From positions 62,001-126,000 of IMG/VR virus record IMGVR_UViG_3300029258_003221: a stretch of 64,000 nucleotides of DNA, one strand, 5' to 3'. Every line of letters starts with the position of its first letter. Position 1 is the stretch's first letter. Below, in pieces: positions 17,757 to 27,901 of the stretch. The position numbers and the translations under genes were made by a program. Below the pieces are notes generated by a model. That model worked only from the letters and a program-made list of their open reading frames with translations. It ran no database searches and was not told the DNA's origin.

Positions 17757-18718
17757 TCTTGTCTTTTCTTAAGTTGAAGTCTAATAGTGGATTTTGGAAT
17801 TCCCGTAACTTTAAATATTTCTGTAATGCTTTTTCCGCTATCAAATAGATCATAAATTTTTTGTCGATCAGCGTCTGTTATTTTTCTTCTCTTTTCACCT
17901 TTTCTTTTTCTAACAAATTTTTGAGTAATTCCATTTTGATGAAGTGCAAAACGACTTACTCCTACTTCTTTTTCGATATCTTCCCAATACATCCCTTTTT
18001 CCCGAAGTAGCTTAACCTTTTCAACTATTTCAGGAGTTACTGTTCGGTATGTTTCACGATTAACATTCCCGCCATATTTGTCATCGGCAATTTTAATTCC
18101 TGCTCTGGTTAATTGAGTTTCACTTACGCCAACTGCCTCAGAAATTTCGTTCCATGTCATTCCTTGCTCTCTAAGATTAACCGCTTTTTGTTTTGCCTTT
18201 TTAGTGAGTTTGACAATCTTTCCTTTGCCTTCGTTTTTGTGAAGACCGTTGTGTTCGAGATGTTTGTACACAGCATTTCTACTAACCCCCAACTTTTTTG
18301 CTATTGTGTTTTTGCCAACACCATTTTTTGCCAACTCAATAATTTCTTTGTCTTGTCCTGCCATGCAAATACTAGAACGTTTCCTTCTTGTTTCTTCACT
18401 GTAAACTGGCCTGCCCTCCACATAACGTACAAGATTGTAACCATGTTTTCGATTCCAAGATTTATAATGTTCTATCCAGTGTTCTTCTTTTTCTACAAGA
18501 TTAGACTCATTACATTCTTCTAGGATTTGAAAATCAAAGTTTTTTTCTCCATATTTGTTCCAAGCGTGTTGAAGGTGAGTGTTGTAATGTTCCCCTTTTT
18601 TTAATTGAGGAATATGGTTACTTCTCCACCTGTATTTTATTTGCTTAGAAGACCCTATGTAACGCTTTCCATTTGTCTTATTGATGATGGCATAGATGCC
18701 GCTAATTTTCTTTTTCAT
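17753..18718 (-). CDS. GIY-YIG homing endonuclease with tandem HTH domains
   Basis: GIYAIINKTNGKRYIGSS, HLQHAWNKYGE, GYNL; about four HTH repeats. Confidence 0.92.
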   Translation of the reverse strand: MKKKISGIYAIINKTNGKRYIGSSKQIKYRWRSNHIPQLKKGEHYNTHLQHAWNKYGEKNFDFQILEECNESNLVEKEEHWIEHYKSWNRKHGYNLVRYVEGRPVYSEETRRKRSSICMAGQDKEIIELAKNGVGKNTIAKKLGVSRNAVYKHLEHNGLHKNEGKGKIVKLTKKAKQKAVNLREQGMTWNEISEAVGVSETQLTRAGIKIADDKYGGNVNRETYRTVTPEIVEKVKLLREKGMYWEDIEKEVGVSRFALHQNGITQKFVRKRKGEKRRKITDADRQKIYDLFDSGKSITEIFKVTGIPKSTIRLQLKKRQE

Positions 18719-18754
18719 ACCTTACAGTAGTAAGGCAACGACATTTTTGCACTT

Positions 18755-20569
18755 TTATTTATTGCACGGAACGATCATCACACATTGGTTTCCATTGTCA
18801 TCTTTTGAAACCATTTCATCCATGCTTATCTTTAAGTCAATTGGACTGCCTCGATAGACCATTTCAACTGTTGGCATTTCTTCAGGGAAGATTAATGGAA
18901 TGCCAATGTCTTCTGGAATAACCAAATCAATTCCTTCAGGGAATCCCTGAACCTCAACTGTTGTAAACACATCAACTTTAATTGGATCTGGTTGTTCAAT
19001 TGGTATCTTTCCTTCAAATTCCAATTTGATTGACTGAGGGGTTTGTATTTCAACTTCAACAGGAATTGATTGCCCTTTATATACGAGTTCGATTTCATCA
19101 GGAATATCCTGTCCCACTAAATCAATTTGAGTCGGTATAGGAGATTCTGGCCCATGAATTTTGATGTCAGTTGGAATATTGGCTTCTGATGTATCAAGTT
19201 TGATGTCTTTGATCATATTCTCCAGACCTTTTGAGTCTATTTCGACTTTTGGCATTTTGTCTGGAGCTACGATTTGAATTTCTTCTGGCAAACCTACCGT
19301 TTCATATTCAATTTTGGATGTTTGTTGAGCTTCAAAAATGTCTGCAAACTCTTCACCAAATTCGCTTGCCTCAAAGTCATTGCTGGAAAACATACGAGGA
19401 GTTTCTACTGGTCGTACCATTGTCATTTGAACTTCCATCTGAGGAATTGACGCTGGATCAATTTGCAGCATAGGAAATTCAATATCATCGACATTCAAAG
19501 AAATTTGCGATTCCGGTGGAATAATCACAATCGTTGGTGGGATCGGTGGATCAATCACAATTGTTGGTGGAATTGGTGGATCAACTACAATAATAGAAGG
19601 AATTCCAGTAACAATAATCTGACTTGGGATATCTCCGGGAATGTCAGTGGTGATTTGATCTGGAATATTGATGTCTCCGATAGAGATGTTTACCCCTTCT
19701 GTTACATCAGCACAAGGCAATACAATTGGTGGAATTTGAATTTCTGGCTCAGGCACATCACATGGAACAAAAGTGAAATCTGGAACAAGGACAGGGTCTG
19801 GAAATGGAACTTCAAATTCATCATCAATAGGAGGTGGCGGTTCTGCTGGATTGTCTCTTTCAATTGGTGTTTGAATGATCTGACACTTGTCATTTGAGAC
19901 TGTTACCACTGGATCAATAGTGGCATTGATGGCATAAGTGTGCGTTCCAGATAATTCTGTTGTTGTAAATTCTCCATCGCCAAAATCGAGTCTAAAAGAC
20001 GTTGAAAGAGTTGTTGCACTGATTTCAACAATGTATGTCGCTAAAACACCTGCTTCATTGTCAATTTCAGTTGTGTTGAATGTGAAGTTGACATCTGGAC
20101 AGGAAAAGTCATCAAATATGATTGCCAGTTCTTCAAGGTTTCTAATCCGCCAATCAAGTGTTCTTTGTCGTTCATCAAAATTGATTCCTGTAAAATCCTC
20201 CATTTTCAGGATGGAGTCTACCAACTGATTGTGATGTTCAGCTACAACATAACTTCTAACCCAAGTTCCTTTCCTGTTCCATTTAGATGGACTGCCGCCT
20301 AATTCTCTGGCACAATCTTTGAGCTTATAGACCTTTCCATCAGAGTTCTTTTCAACTGAATCGTAATAAAACAATTCTCCATTGATGTTGCCAAAGCCAT
20401 TATCGGCCCAAATTTCAGGCTTGTCTGATTTGACAGGTATAATTTCAATTTCCTGAGACCATGCCGGATTTTCTACGCATATCTTTGTCTCTGTAGTGTT
20501 GTAGACAAGATACAAAGTTGAATCATCGTCAATTGCTTTTGGATATAATGGTACAGGAGGAAAAGCCAT
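18755..20569 (-). CDS. virion tail/baseplate-associated protein (HHN domain, PKD-like, PxIP repeats)
   Basis: VVAEHHNQL, LDFGDG, DPPIPPTIV repeats; paralogous to the two adjacent genes. Confidence 0.65.
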   Translation of the reverse strand: MAFPPVPLYPKAIDDDSTLYLVYNTTETKICVENPAWSQEIEIIPVKSDKPEIWADNGFGNINGELFYYDSVEKNSDGKVYKLKDCARELGGSPSKWNRKGTWVRSYVVAEHHNQLVDSILKMEDFTGINFDERQRTLDWRIRNLEELAIIFDDFSCPDVNFTFNTTEIDNEAGVLATYIVEISATTLSTSFRLDFGDGEFTTTELSGTHTYAINATIDPVVTVSNDKCQIIQTPIERDNPAEPPPPIDDEFEVPFPDPVLVPDFTFVPCDVPEPEIQIPPIVLPCADVTEGVNISIGDINIPDQITTDIPGDIPSQIIVTGIPSIIVVDPPIPPTIVIDPPIPPTIVIIPPESQISLNVDDIEFPMLQIDPASIPQMEVQMTMVRPVETPRMFSSNDFEASEFGEEFADIFEAQQTSKIEYETVGLPEEIQIVAPDKMPKVEIDSKGLENMIKDIKLDTSEANIPTDIKIHGPESPIPTQIDLVGQDIPDEIELVYKGQSIPVEVEIQTPQSIKLEFEGKIPIEQPDPIKVDVFTTVEVQGFPEGIDLVIPEDIGIPLIFPEEMPTVEMVYRGSPIDLKISMDEMVSKDDNGNQCVMIVPCNK

Positions 20570-20570
20570 A

Positions 20571-22859
20571 TCAATAAACACTCATAATAAATTGAGTTCC
20601 TTCAGGACGACTGCCCAGTGAAGAGAACGTTAAATCAATCTCACTAAACTTCAGAAAAGCTTCAGCACTGTAATCAAATGAAATGTATGCTCTACGATCA
20701 CCATCTGAGTCCAGCAATAAAGTGTTTGCTGGATCATCAAAGCCAGCTACTGTCGTGTCCTGAAGACTTCGATAAAGAACAGAATTCACGCCCGGACCAC
20801 CAGTACTCCAAGTCTCTGCACTATTGTTCCAAGCTGAAATTGAACCAGAGTTATTTATGAAGTAGATACCGGAAATCAAATCTGTGAATTCGCCCTCTTC
20901 TTTGGTCGGTCCTTGAATGTCCTGAAGCTTTCTAAATGTTTGAACTGTAGAGCCCAAAGTCCCTTCTGTTCTGTAAAAACTCTTCAGCCTAAAGAATGGT
21001 CCCACTCCGTCATTTCTACAGAAATAACCAGTGTTGTCCTGAGACGCAGAGCGATATGTGCTGAAGTGTCCGTAAGTTGAAACTCCATCATCGTCATAAG
21101 CCGATGGATTTTGTTTCAGCTCCGTTGCCCCACTTAGAAGATCGCTATCAGTTAAAGTGTCTGTTGTTACACTCAAAGAGGTTAAATTGACAGATTGACT
21201 AACTAAATTTGTTGGCGAAACACTTGGTGCAATAGCATCCGTTGTTCCTCCAAAAGCGAAATAAAGCTGTTGGTTAGAGTTAAAACTAACCCAGTTCCAT
21301 GGTCTTGAAATAGGGGACCGAGAAATATAAGTGCCACCAAATCCTTCGAATTCAGTAACTGTAATTTCTTCATCTGAAGCTGAGTCTGATCCAGATCTAC
21401 CAGAAGCCCAATACAAAAGAACACTTCCTTGTTTCCCGGAAGCAGTTGAGCCTCTCTGGGCATAGCCAGCATTCTTTCTGAACTCCTGCTTTTGCTTAGT
21501 TTCTTCTGCTACTCCATCCAAGAAAGAATCATCACGAGTTAATGTCAAAGTCGGAACAGTGGTTGTTTTGAAAGTTTCACTAATCAATCCATATTCATAG
21601 TGTCTTGTTGTTACAGAATCTGTATAGATCCACATCCACAGGTTCGTGTTTTCGATGATGTCTATCGAATCTTCATACGTTGTAATTCTGTAAGCTCCAA
21701 ATTCAGTATCTACTCTGAGCTTCAAATCGTAAATTCCACCAATGCTAAACAAAGCTTTTGTGAGTCTGCTGTTTTCGTGTTGTAGGTCATCGCTGATTCC
21801 CCAAATGTAACTCGTGATAGGATCAATGGCATTTCCGCTTTCATTTAAAGCTTCTCCTCCAAAGCTGATATTTGGAGTTGCTGCATTCTCACCTTCTGGC
21901 ACTTCGATATTGATGATTTCATTGATTGGAGATCTGATTTTGGGTGGAGTAGTAAAAGGCCCATCAGAAGGCACACCAGCTTCTTGAGATTGACTTGCTG
22001 TAATTGGAGTGTATCTGATAACGGCTTCATCTGGAGCTGTGACACGAGCTTTGATTAAATCTTCAAAGACCACAGTGTCTTCTCCAAAGTCGTTAGAAGC
22101 AGTTAATTTAACGGTGTACAAGCCCGGTGAATTGTAAGTTTTTTCAATTGAACCACCATCTTCATCCAAGACAAGAAAATTTTCATATCCATCTGGGACT
22201 TCATCTGTAGCACTGATGATAGAAACAAGAGATACAACAGAAGTGTCATTGTCTCCGAAGTCCCAAATCAAAGTAATATTTCCTGCTGTGCCATCTGTAC
22301 CCAGCCTGAAACTCATATCTGTAAATTCAACTGTCAAGGGAACTAATCCCACTCTTTTGTTCATTCTAAACCAAGCTCTTGGACGCAGTACTAATTGTCT
22401 TAGGAAATTGATTCTTCCTTCAAGAGTTGGTCCAAAAGGCTGAGTGTCTACTGTTCCCTCAATTCCCAAAAATTCCTGAATGGCAATCAAAGCATCTTTC
22501 AGATGGTTGTGGTGACGAGCCATTACGTTTTGAGTAACATTTGTTATTCTTTTAGGCTTAATCACATCAGTGAAATTAGGAAGTATTTCTAAACCTTCAA
22601 ATTTGAAGTCTTCTTGATTTACACTTGAGTAATAGAACGATATGGCACGATCTTCTACGTCGCTACATTGTTCTGTGAGCGTTATAATTCCAGTTTCGGG
22701 AAAACGACTTAAAACTAAAGCATCTCCAGTAACTGTGATTGATGTATCTCCGGGATTATAATCTTCTGCCAAAGTCATTCTAAGACCATCATGAACAACA
22801 AAAAGATTGTCATCGGTATCGAATGCTTCTGGGTAGTTTGAGCTTGTGGGGACCGCCAT
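20571..22859 (-). CDS. PKD-domain tail/baseplate protein
   Basis: VMARHHNHLKDAL, WDFGD, YTVKLTASN; structural-gene context. Confidence 0.75.
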   Translation of the reverse strand: MAVPTSSNYPEAFDTDDNLFVVHDGLRMTLAEDYNPGDTSITVTGDALVLSRFPETGIITLTEQCSDVEDRAISFYYSSVNQEDFKFEGLEILPNFTDVIKPKRITNVTQNVMARHHNHLKDALIAIQEFLGIEGTVDTQPFGPTLEGRINFLRQLVLRPRAWFRMNKRVGLVPLTVEFTDMSFRLGTDGTAGNITLIWDFGDNDTSVVSLVSIISATDEVPDGYENFLVLDEDGGSIEKTYNSPGLYTVKLTASNDFGEDTVVFEDLIKARVTAPDEAVIRYTPITASQSQEAGVPSDGPFTTPPKIRSPINEIINIEVPEGENAATPNISFGGEALNESGNAIDPITSYIWGISDDLQHENSRLTKALFSIGGIYDLKLRVDTEFGAYRITTYEDSIDIIENTNLWMWIYTDSVTTRHYEYGLISETFKTTTVPTLTLTRDDSFLDGVAEETKQKQEFRKNAGYAQRGSTASGKQGSVLLYWASGRSGSDSASDEEITVTEFEGFGGTYISRSPISRPWNWVSFNSNQQLYFAFGGTTDAIAPSVSPTNLVSQSVNLTSLSVTTDTLTDSDLLSGATELKQNPSAYDDDGVSTYGHFSTYRSASQDNTGYFCRNDGVGPFFRLKSFYRTEGTLGSTVQTFRKLQDIQGPTKEEGEFTDLISGIYFINNSGSISAWNNSAETWSTGGPGVNSVLYRSLQDTTVAGFDDPANTLLLDSDGDRRAYISFDYSAEAFLKFSEIDLTFSSLGSRPEGTQFIMSVY

Positions 22860-22869
22860 TTATAATCTC

Positions 22870-23910
22870 CTACAACACCGTCAAAAGATCGGTAAGTTCT
22901 ACTTTCTTTAATCGACCATCACTGAAAATAACCAACAGGGTTACAGTGTATTCACCCGGATTGGTAAAGATGTGAGACGTTTCATGTATGTCTGCATCTT
23001 CCTGAGTCTCACTTTCTCCGTCTCCAAAAACCCAGTTTCTTTGAACGATTTCACCATCAGTCTGATCTACAAAAACAAACTCTTTTGGAGAAGTAGGTGT
23101 TCCAGCAGCGGTTAATTCTGAGGCTGTTTTGACAGAGTAGGGGCTGCTGGTGCTTTCAACATAAAAGAATGGAATTGATTCATCATTATTTACTTCTATG
23201 TATTCAGTTTTTGTAGCTACACCCTGAGCACCAGTTGAGGTAATAACATTGAGTTTAACGGTGTATTTACCTTCTGTGTTATATTGATGAGTAGGACTGC
23301 GTTCTAGTGAAGTGCTTCCATCGCCAAAGTCCCAAAGATAACGAACAGCATGTCCTGTTGAAAAGTTTTGAAAACGAACTTTCATGGGAGCTGGTCCTTT
23401 GATTGGAAAAGCTCTGAATTGAGGTTTTGGTGCCAAGAATCTAACTTCCTGAGCTTTCAAAATTCCATTAAGAGACTCAGCTTCTGGGTTTTCTTCTAGG
23501 CCCGCATTGGTCTGCATGTTGATAATTGCATCTTTGATAGCATTATGATGTTCAGCAACAACTGAATTTGTGACAAAGTTCTCCTGACCAGCCCACATAT
23601 TTTGTCGTGAGCCCGCAAATCCTCTTTTGAGATTTTGGAAAGTGTGTGCTGTTTTCTTCTCATAAACTATGAGTTCAAAAGCTCCATCACCTTCTGGTGC
23701 ACCGCCAATTCTAATTTGACCTTTTTCAGGAAACCCTTCAGTTGATTCCACAACTACAATTTTGCCATTATATGGCAATGTTTGTTTTAATATGGTTTTA
23801 GAGTTATTTGTTGCTTCCCAGAGTGTCTCTTTGTCATCCAAAGCTTCTGGGAACAAAGATAGATCACCTGTGACGTAATCGTCATCTAAAGATGAAATTT
23901 TATCAATCAT
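22870..23910 (-). CDS. protein with two PKD domains, tail/baseplate-associated
   Basis: YLWDFGDG..SPTHQY..GKYTVKL; WVFGDG..HIFTNPGEYTVTL. Confidence 0.8.
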   Translation of the reverse strand: MIDKISSLDDDYVTGDLSLFPEALDDKETLWEATNNSKTILKQTLPYNGKIVVVESTEGFPEKGQIRIGGAPEGDGAFELIVYEKKTAHTFQNLKRGFAGSRQNMWAGQENFVTNSVVAEHHNAIKDAIINMQTNAGLEENPEAESLNGILKAQEVRFLAPKPQFRAFPIKGPAPMKVRFQNFSTGHAVRYLWDFGDGSTSLERSPTHQYNTEGKYTVKLNVITSTGAQGVATKTEYIEVNNDESIPFFYVESTSSPYSVKTASELTAAGTPTSPKEFVFVDQTDGEIVQRNWVFGDGESETQEDADIHETSHIFTNPGEYTVTLLVIFSDGRLKKVELTDLLTVL

Positions 23911-24647
23911 TTTTTATTCACCCTGCCTTGTGCTCTTCCTTCCAATTTGACCTTCGGCTTTAATTTCTCAAGCGCCTTTTCATTGTTTTCTATCATGCTG
24001 TGTTGTACTTTTTGTAACATAACAGAAAGGTGCTTTTTGACAGGTGAATTGTCATTTAACGCCATGATTGTTTTAACAAGTTCAGGATCAAGAGGTTTGC
24101 GAAGTAAAATTCTAAGATTGAATTCTTCAAGCAATTTTTCATTCCAATACTCAGCTTGTGCTTCAGAATCGTCCATTGGCTTTAATTTTTCAATCTTTTC
24201 TAATTCCTCAAACGCAGATAGAAAATATGCAGATTCCTCCTGAGTGAATTTGATTTTTTGCTTCACCTTTTCTGTGGATTCCTCTAAGTGTTTCTTTTCA
24301 CGTTCGAGCTTTCTCTTATTTATCTCAGCTTCCTTAATATTTAAAGGATCAAGGGATGTCTGATGCTCAAATACAGAATTTGATAGCTTTCCATTGATAA
24401 TACGATCCTGTCTTTCGATTTGAATATCCATGAGGTCCATGTTGTCAGCAGCATCTTCGAGCTGTTTTGTCAAGGATTCCACAGTTTCTTTTCTTGCTTT
24501 TAATTCTCTGACAATTTGCCAAAGTTGTCCTTGAACTGTGCATTCCTTGCCTATGATGAACTTTTTGATCTGAAAATAACTGTGTCTGTCCGGGAGTTCA
24601 GATCGTTCTAAGATTTCATCTGTTTTCGTAATAAGTTCTCTGGACAT
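23907..24647 (-). CDS. coiled-coil hypothetical protein
   Basis: AAGGAG RBS; heptad-rich sequence. Confidence 0.7.
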   Translation of the reverse strand: MSRELITKTDEILERSELPDRHSYFQIKKFIIGKECTVQGQLWQIVRELKARKETVESLTKQLEDAADNMDLMDIQIERQDRIINGKLSNSVFEHQTSLDPLNIKEAEINKRKLEREKKHLEESTEKVKQKIKFTQEESAYFLSAFEELEKIEKLKPMDDSEAQAEYWNEKLLEEFNLRILLRKPLDPELVKTIMALNDNSPVKKHLSVMLQKVQHSMIENNEKALEKLKPKVKLEGRAQGRVNKK

Positions 24648-24705
24648 CAATTTCTCCTTGTGATATTCTTGCTTTTTCTATTAGAGTAAAAAATGGAGCA
24701 GAATT

Positions 24706-25275
24706 ATGGGTAAGTTAGATGAAGCAACAGCGTATTTGAGTGGTCCAATGGAGTTTGTGGCTGACCATGGCGTTGCTTGGAGAAGAAAATTCATCAAGCT
24801 TTCAAATGCGGCTGGATTGAACATCCACTACATTGATCCCACTAATAAACCGGGTGGGCTTGAAATGCAAATTGGGGAAGACAAAGAAACACAAGTGAGG
24901 CTACAAAACGAAGGCCGCTTCGAAAAGCTCAGGTCTTATGTCGGGGATTATAGACGCTATGACCTTCGTTTCGTAGACCTCTCAGACTTCCTTGTTGCAG
25001 TCGTCGATCCATCTGTCCCCCAATGGGGAACTGCCAACGAGGTTTATGTTGCAGAAATGCAGCACAAACCCCGCTTCTGCATAATCGAAGGAGGAATGCA
25101 TAAACTCCCTCGATGGCTATTCGATGTCTTTTCTGATGAAGAAATCTTCGAATCAGTCGAAGATGTAATCTCTCACCTTGTTAAATTAGATTCGGGCGAG
25201 ATAGATCTTGACAAACGTTGGGTGTTGGTAAGGAAGTACATTCGCCTACAGCAGGAGAATTACAAGACTTCTTGA
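24706..25275 (+). CDS. nucleoside 2-deoxyribosyltransferase / dNMP N-glycosidase-like protein
   Basis: YLSGPM..WR..IDP..DLRFVDLSD..GTANE. Confidence 0.75.
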   Translation: MGKLDEATAYLSGPMEFVADHGVAWRRKFIKLSNAAGLNIHYIDPTNKPGGLEMQIGEDKETQVRLQNEGRFEKLRSYVGDYRRYDLRFVDLSDFLVAVVDPSVPQWGTANEVYVAEMQHKPRFCIIEGGMHKLPRWLFDVFSDEEIFESVEDVISHLVKLDSGEIDLDKRWVLVRKYIRLQQENYKTS

Positions 25276-26143
25276 CAACAATTTCAAGTGAACTCCAATC
25301 AATGTCTGCTCTTTCTTCATTTGTCAATTCACTCCAATGAGGAATTTTAGTAAGGGGACATATAATCTGTCCCCAAACCTCAAACATTCCATTCGATTCA
25401 CGCAATTCAAGCTTTTCAAACTTTCGAGGCTTAGGAGTCCAAGTTACTGGACTCTGGTAATTCACATCTTTCTTTTTCTTAGGATAAAGAGTCTCTTTGT
25501 CCTCTTTTGATTCTGGGTACAAATTAAAATCAAAGTTAAAGTTGTAGTTGAGTATTTCCCCAGTCTCTGTTTTTTCAGACACACGTTCATCAATTTTTTT
25601 GATAGCCATTTGAAATTCTGGGGATTCTATGAACTCTCGTTCTTCTTTTGTTCGCTCGCAATGACTTTTGTCGCTTTTCATAATTTCTTGCCTCTTATTT
25701 CTGATTTTGTCAATTAGGTCTGAGTCTCTTTTGTCAAATGATTTATCAAAATCTGCATAGCTTATTTTGATTTCAACTTTGGAAAACTTGTTTCCAGAGC
25801 TATCAAGTTTTCCAAAGTTAACTTCTTTTACACATGCCTCATTAAGAGTCCATCTTTCTATGAGATTGTGGCAACCATCATGTGAATTTAAAACTACACG
25901 GTTGATATCATAGAGCCTCTCAGGGAGGAGAATCTCATTTAATTTTGTGCATTCTAAATTAAAATAAGTGACAGTAAGTTCCTTATCTAAAAGATTTGGT
26001 CTATTGCTTAATTGCACAAAAGCTTTGGAGCAAACACGGTTACCTTCTTGATCAAACGCTTCGAATATCCATTGAAAACTGTTTACAAATTTAATTTTAT
26101 AGTTTTCAATTTTCCATATTCCCGTAATGGGTTTTTTGTTCAT
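25181..26143 (-). CDS. hypothetical protein with a tail-tube (gp19)-like N-terminal domain
   Basis: RWTLNEACVKEVNFGKLDSSG...VEIKISY resembles the tube-protein C-terminal motif. Confidence 0.5.
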   Translation of the reverse strand: MNKKPITGIWKIENYKIKFVNSFQWIFEAFDQEGNRVCSKAFVQLSNRPNLLDKELTVTYFNLECTKLNEILLPERLYDINRVVLNSHDGCHNLIERWTLNEACVKEVNFGKLDSSGNKFSKVEIKISYADFDKSFDKRDSDLIDKIRNKRQEIMKSDKSHCERTKEEREFIESPEFQMAIKKIDERVSEKTETGEILNYNFNFDFNLYPESKEDKETLYPKKKKDVNYQSPVTWTPKPRKFEKLELRESNGMFEVWGQIICPLTKIPHWSELTNEERADIDWSSLEIVVKKSCNSPAVGECTSLPTPNVCQDLSRPNLI

Positions 26144-26158
26144 TAATTCTCCTTGTGA

Positions 26159-26566
26159 TTAGAATCCATAAACCTTCCACGGAATGTTTTCAGGCTCTGG
26201 TTTTTGAAATATATGATGAGGGCTTTGATGTTCAGATTCGTCATAGGCCCAAGTGGCTTCGGTGATTATTGTGCCGGTGCTTGAGAGTGTATGTTGAAAA
26301 GATATAAGATTGGCTTCTCGATATGTATTACTTGCAGGTCCGACCTGAAGTATTATGTCAACTGGAGTTCTGTCATTTAAACATTGTTCTATGTCTTGCC
26401 GACCATGTTCACGACAGAATAAAATCTCTATTCTTAGAGAAATTGTTTCTCTTTGAACTCCATCTCCAAAATGAATGGGTGTCCGTTCAGAACGGGTGTG
26501 CCAATTTAACATTGGTATCCAATCGTAACCCGGTCTTTCTGGATTGATTAGTTTGAAATAATTCAC
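26159..26566 (-). CDS. hypothetical protein
   Basis: Operonic ORF, GTG start. Confidence 0.6.
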   Translation of the reverse strand: MNYFKLINPERPGYDWIPMLNWHTRSERTPIHFGDGVQRETISLRIEILFCREHGRQDIEQCLNDRTPVDIILQVGPASNTYREANLISFQHTLSSTGTIITEATWAYDESEHQSPHHIFQKPEPENIPWKVYGF

Positions 26567-27094
26567 TTAGCAAATTCTCATTCCAGCAATGGCTTTGAAG
26601 ACAGCTCCTTGTTCTAATGCTTTACAACTCCATAGAAACTTAGAGACTTCAAATTCATTGTACTCAGAGCGTTTAATGCAGGGGAATTCCCCTACTGAAT
26701 CAAAAAACTCTTTGTTCAATAATATACCATCACTGGAGCCTTCATCAAAGGTCGTTTTTCCATTGACAATAGGAAAAGCTATATCTTTTTCACTGTTGAT
26801 GAAGGAAGGAAGTTTTCGGTGAATATTTGTTTTGACTCTGCTGCCAGCGAATACTATGAAGCCCCATTTGTGCTTCAGTTTCTTCATGCCAGCATTAATT
26901 AGTGAAGTGATTGTGTCCTGCCCTTTGTAAACAGGACATATTTCTTTCATTGGCTTAGTCTCTTTGGGAGACGTGTCCTTGGCTACGATACAGATCGTAT
27001 CGTAATTTGCACAACAAAGTGTGTTTGTAGTAATCCTTAGCCCATCGAAATCTCTATCTGGGTTAAGAACTATAAATCCAATGTCTAAATCCAT
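26567..27094 (-). CDS. degenerate GT-A (GT2-like) fold protein
   Basis: IGFIVLN...SLINAGMKKLKHKWGFIVF...GILLNKEFFDSVGEF; no DxD motif. Confidence 0.5.
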   Translation of the reverse strand: MDLDIGFIVLNPDRDFDGLRITTNTLCCANYDTICIVAKDTSPKETKPMKEICPVYKGQDTITSLINAGMKKLKHKWGFIVFAGSRVKTNIHRKLPSFINSEKDIAFPIVNGKTTFDEGSSDGILLNKEFFDSVGEFPCIKRSEYNEFEVSKFLWSCKALEQGAVFKAIAGMRIC

Positions 27095-27096
27095 TG

Positions 27097-27876
27097 TTAA
27101 ACTAAAGATGTATCGAAATCAATTCTAATGACATCATCTTCTGAAATTGCTGCCGACAATGCGAATGTCCCACTGGCGGGGGTCGGCGTGAATTTAAGTA
27201 AACTCCAAGGATCATCTACTAAAGGTCCGGGCACATAAATAGACACATCTGAAAATATCCTGATTCCATTTACATAAACACGAAGAGACCCGCTAACAAA
27301 AGCAGTGGATGTTGAATTTACCTTGTAGTTAATATAGTCAGGTTCAACCAAATCTGAATGAACTGGTTCGAGACCATAGTAATGTCGATGAGCGGCTGCT
27401 GTATCAAATCCTAAATTGAACTTAACGATATTAGGAGATTCAAGCTCAACATCTACTGAAGATGTTGATTGAAATACCACTTCGCCACTGGTAAGATTCA
27501 CAGGATCGTCTTCGGTGTTGTCAATTTGAAGTGTGATATCACTAGCTTCATCAGCAATTAATGCTAATTTATCTGATTCAGCTTTGGTCATGCGAACATA
27601 ATCGTCTGAATCAGTGTGTTGTTCAATGCTATGAGCGGCATCATCGATAGCGGTCGATTTCAAACTGCCATCAGCCGATATTGATTGGTTTAATCTATTT
27701 GCCACAGACCCCTGTGTGCCAATAGCATCTCTCATCTCTTCAATTACATCATCCAATGCTAAATTAATTAGCTCTTGACGTGTCATCAAAGCCTGTAATG
27801 GAATATTATCATATTCGTAATGATAGGGGTCATTAGGACCAAAAAGCGGTACGTCAATTAATTCTACACGTGGAAT
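27097..27876 (-). CDS. putative tail/virion structural protein with apparent ATT start
   Basis: GGAGG 6 nt upstream of in-frame ATT27876; SLRVYVNGIR and DVIRIDF beta-sandwich motifs. Confidence 0.65.
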   Translation of the reverse strand: MPRVELIDVPLFGPNDPYHYEYDNIPLQALMTRQELINLALDDVIEEMRDAIGTQGSVANRLNQSISADGSLKSTAIDDAAHSIEQHTDSDDYVRMTKAESDKLALIADEASDITLQIDNTEDDPVNLTSGEVVFQSTSSVDVELESPNIVKFNLGFDTAAAHRHYYGLEPVHSDLVEPDYINYKVNSTSTAFVSGSLRVYVNGIRIFSDVSIYVPGPLVDDPWSLLKFTPTPASGTFALSAAISEDDVIRIDFDTSLV

Positions 27877-27901
27877 GATACACCTCCGGCCAATATTTTA
27901 A

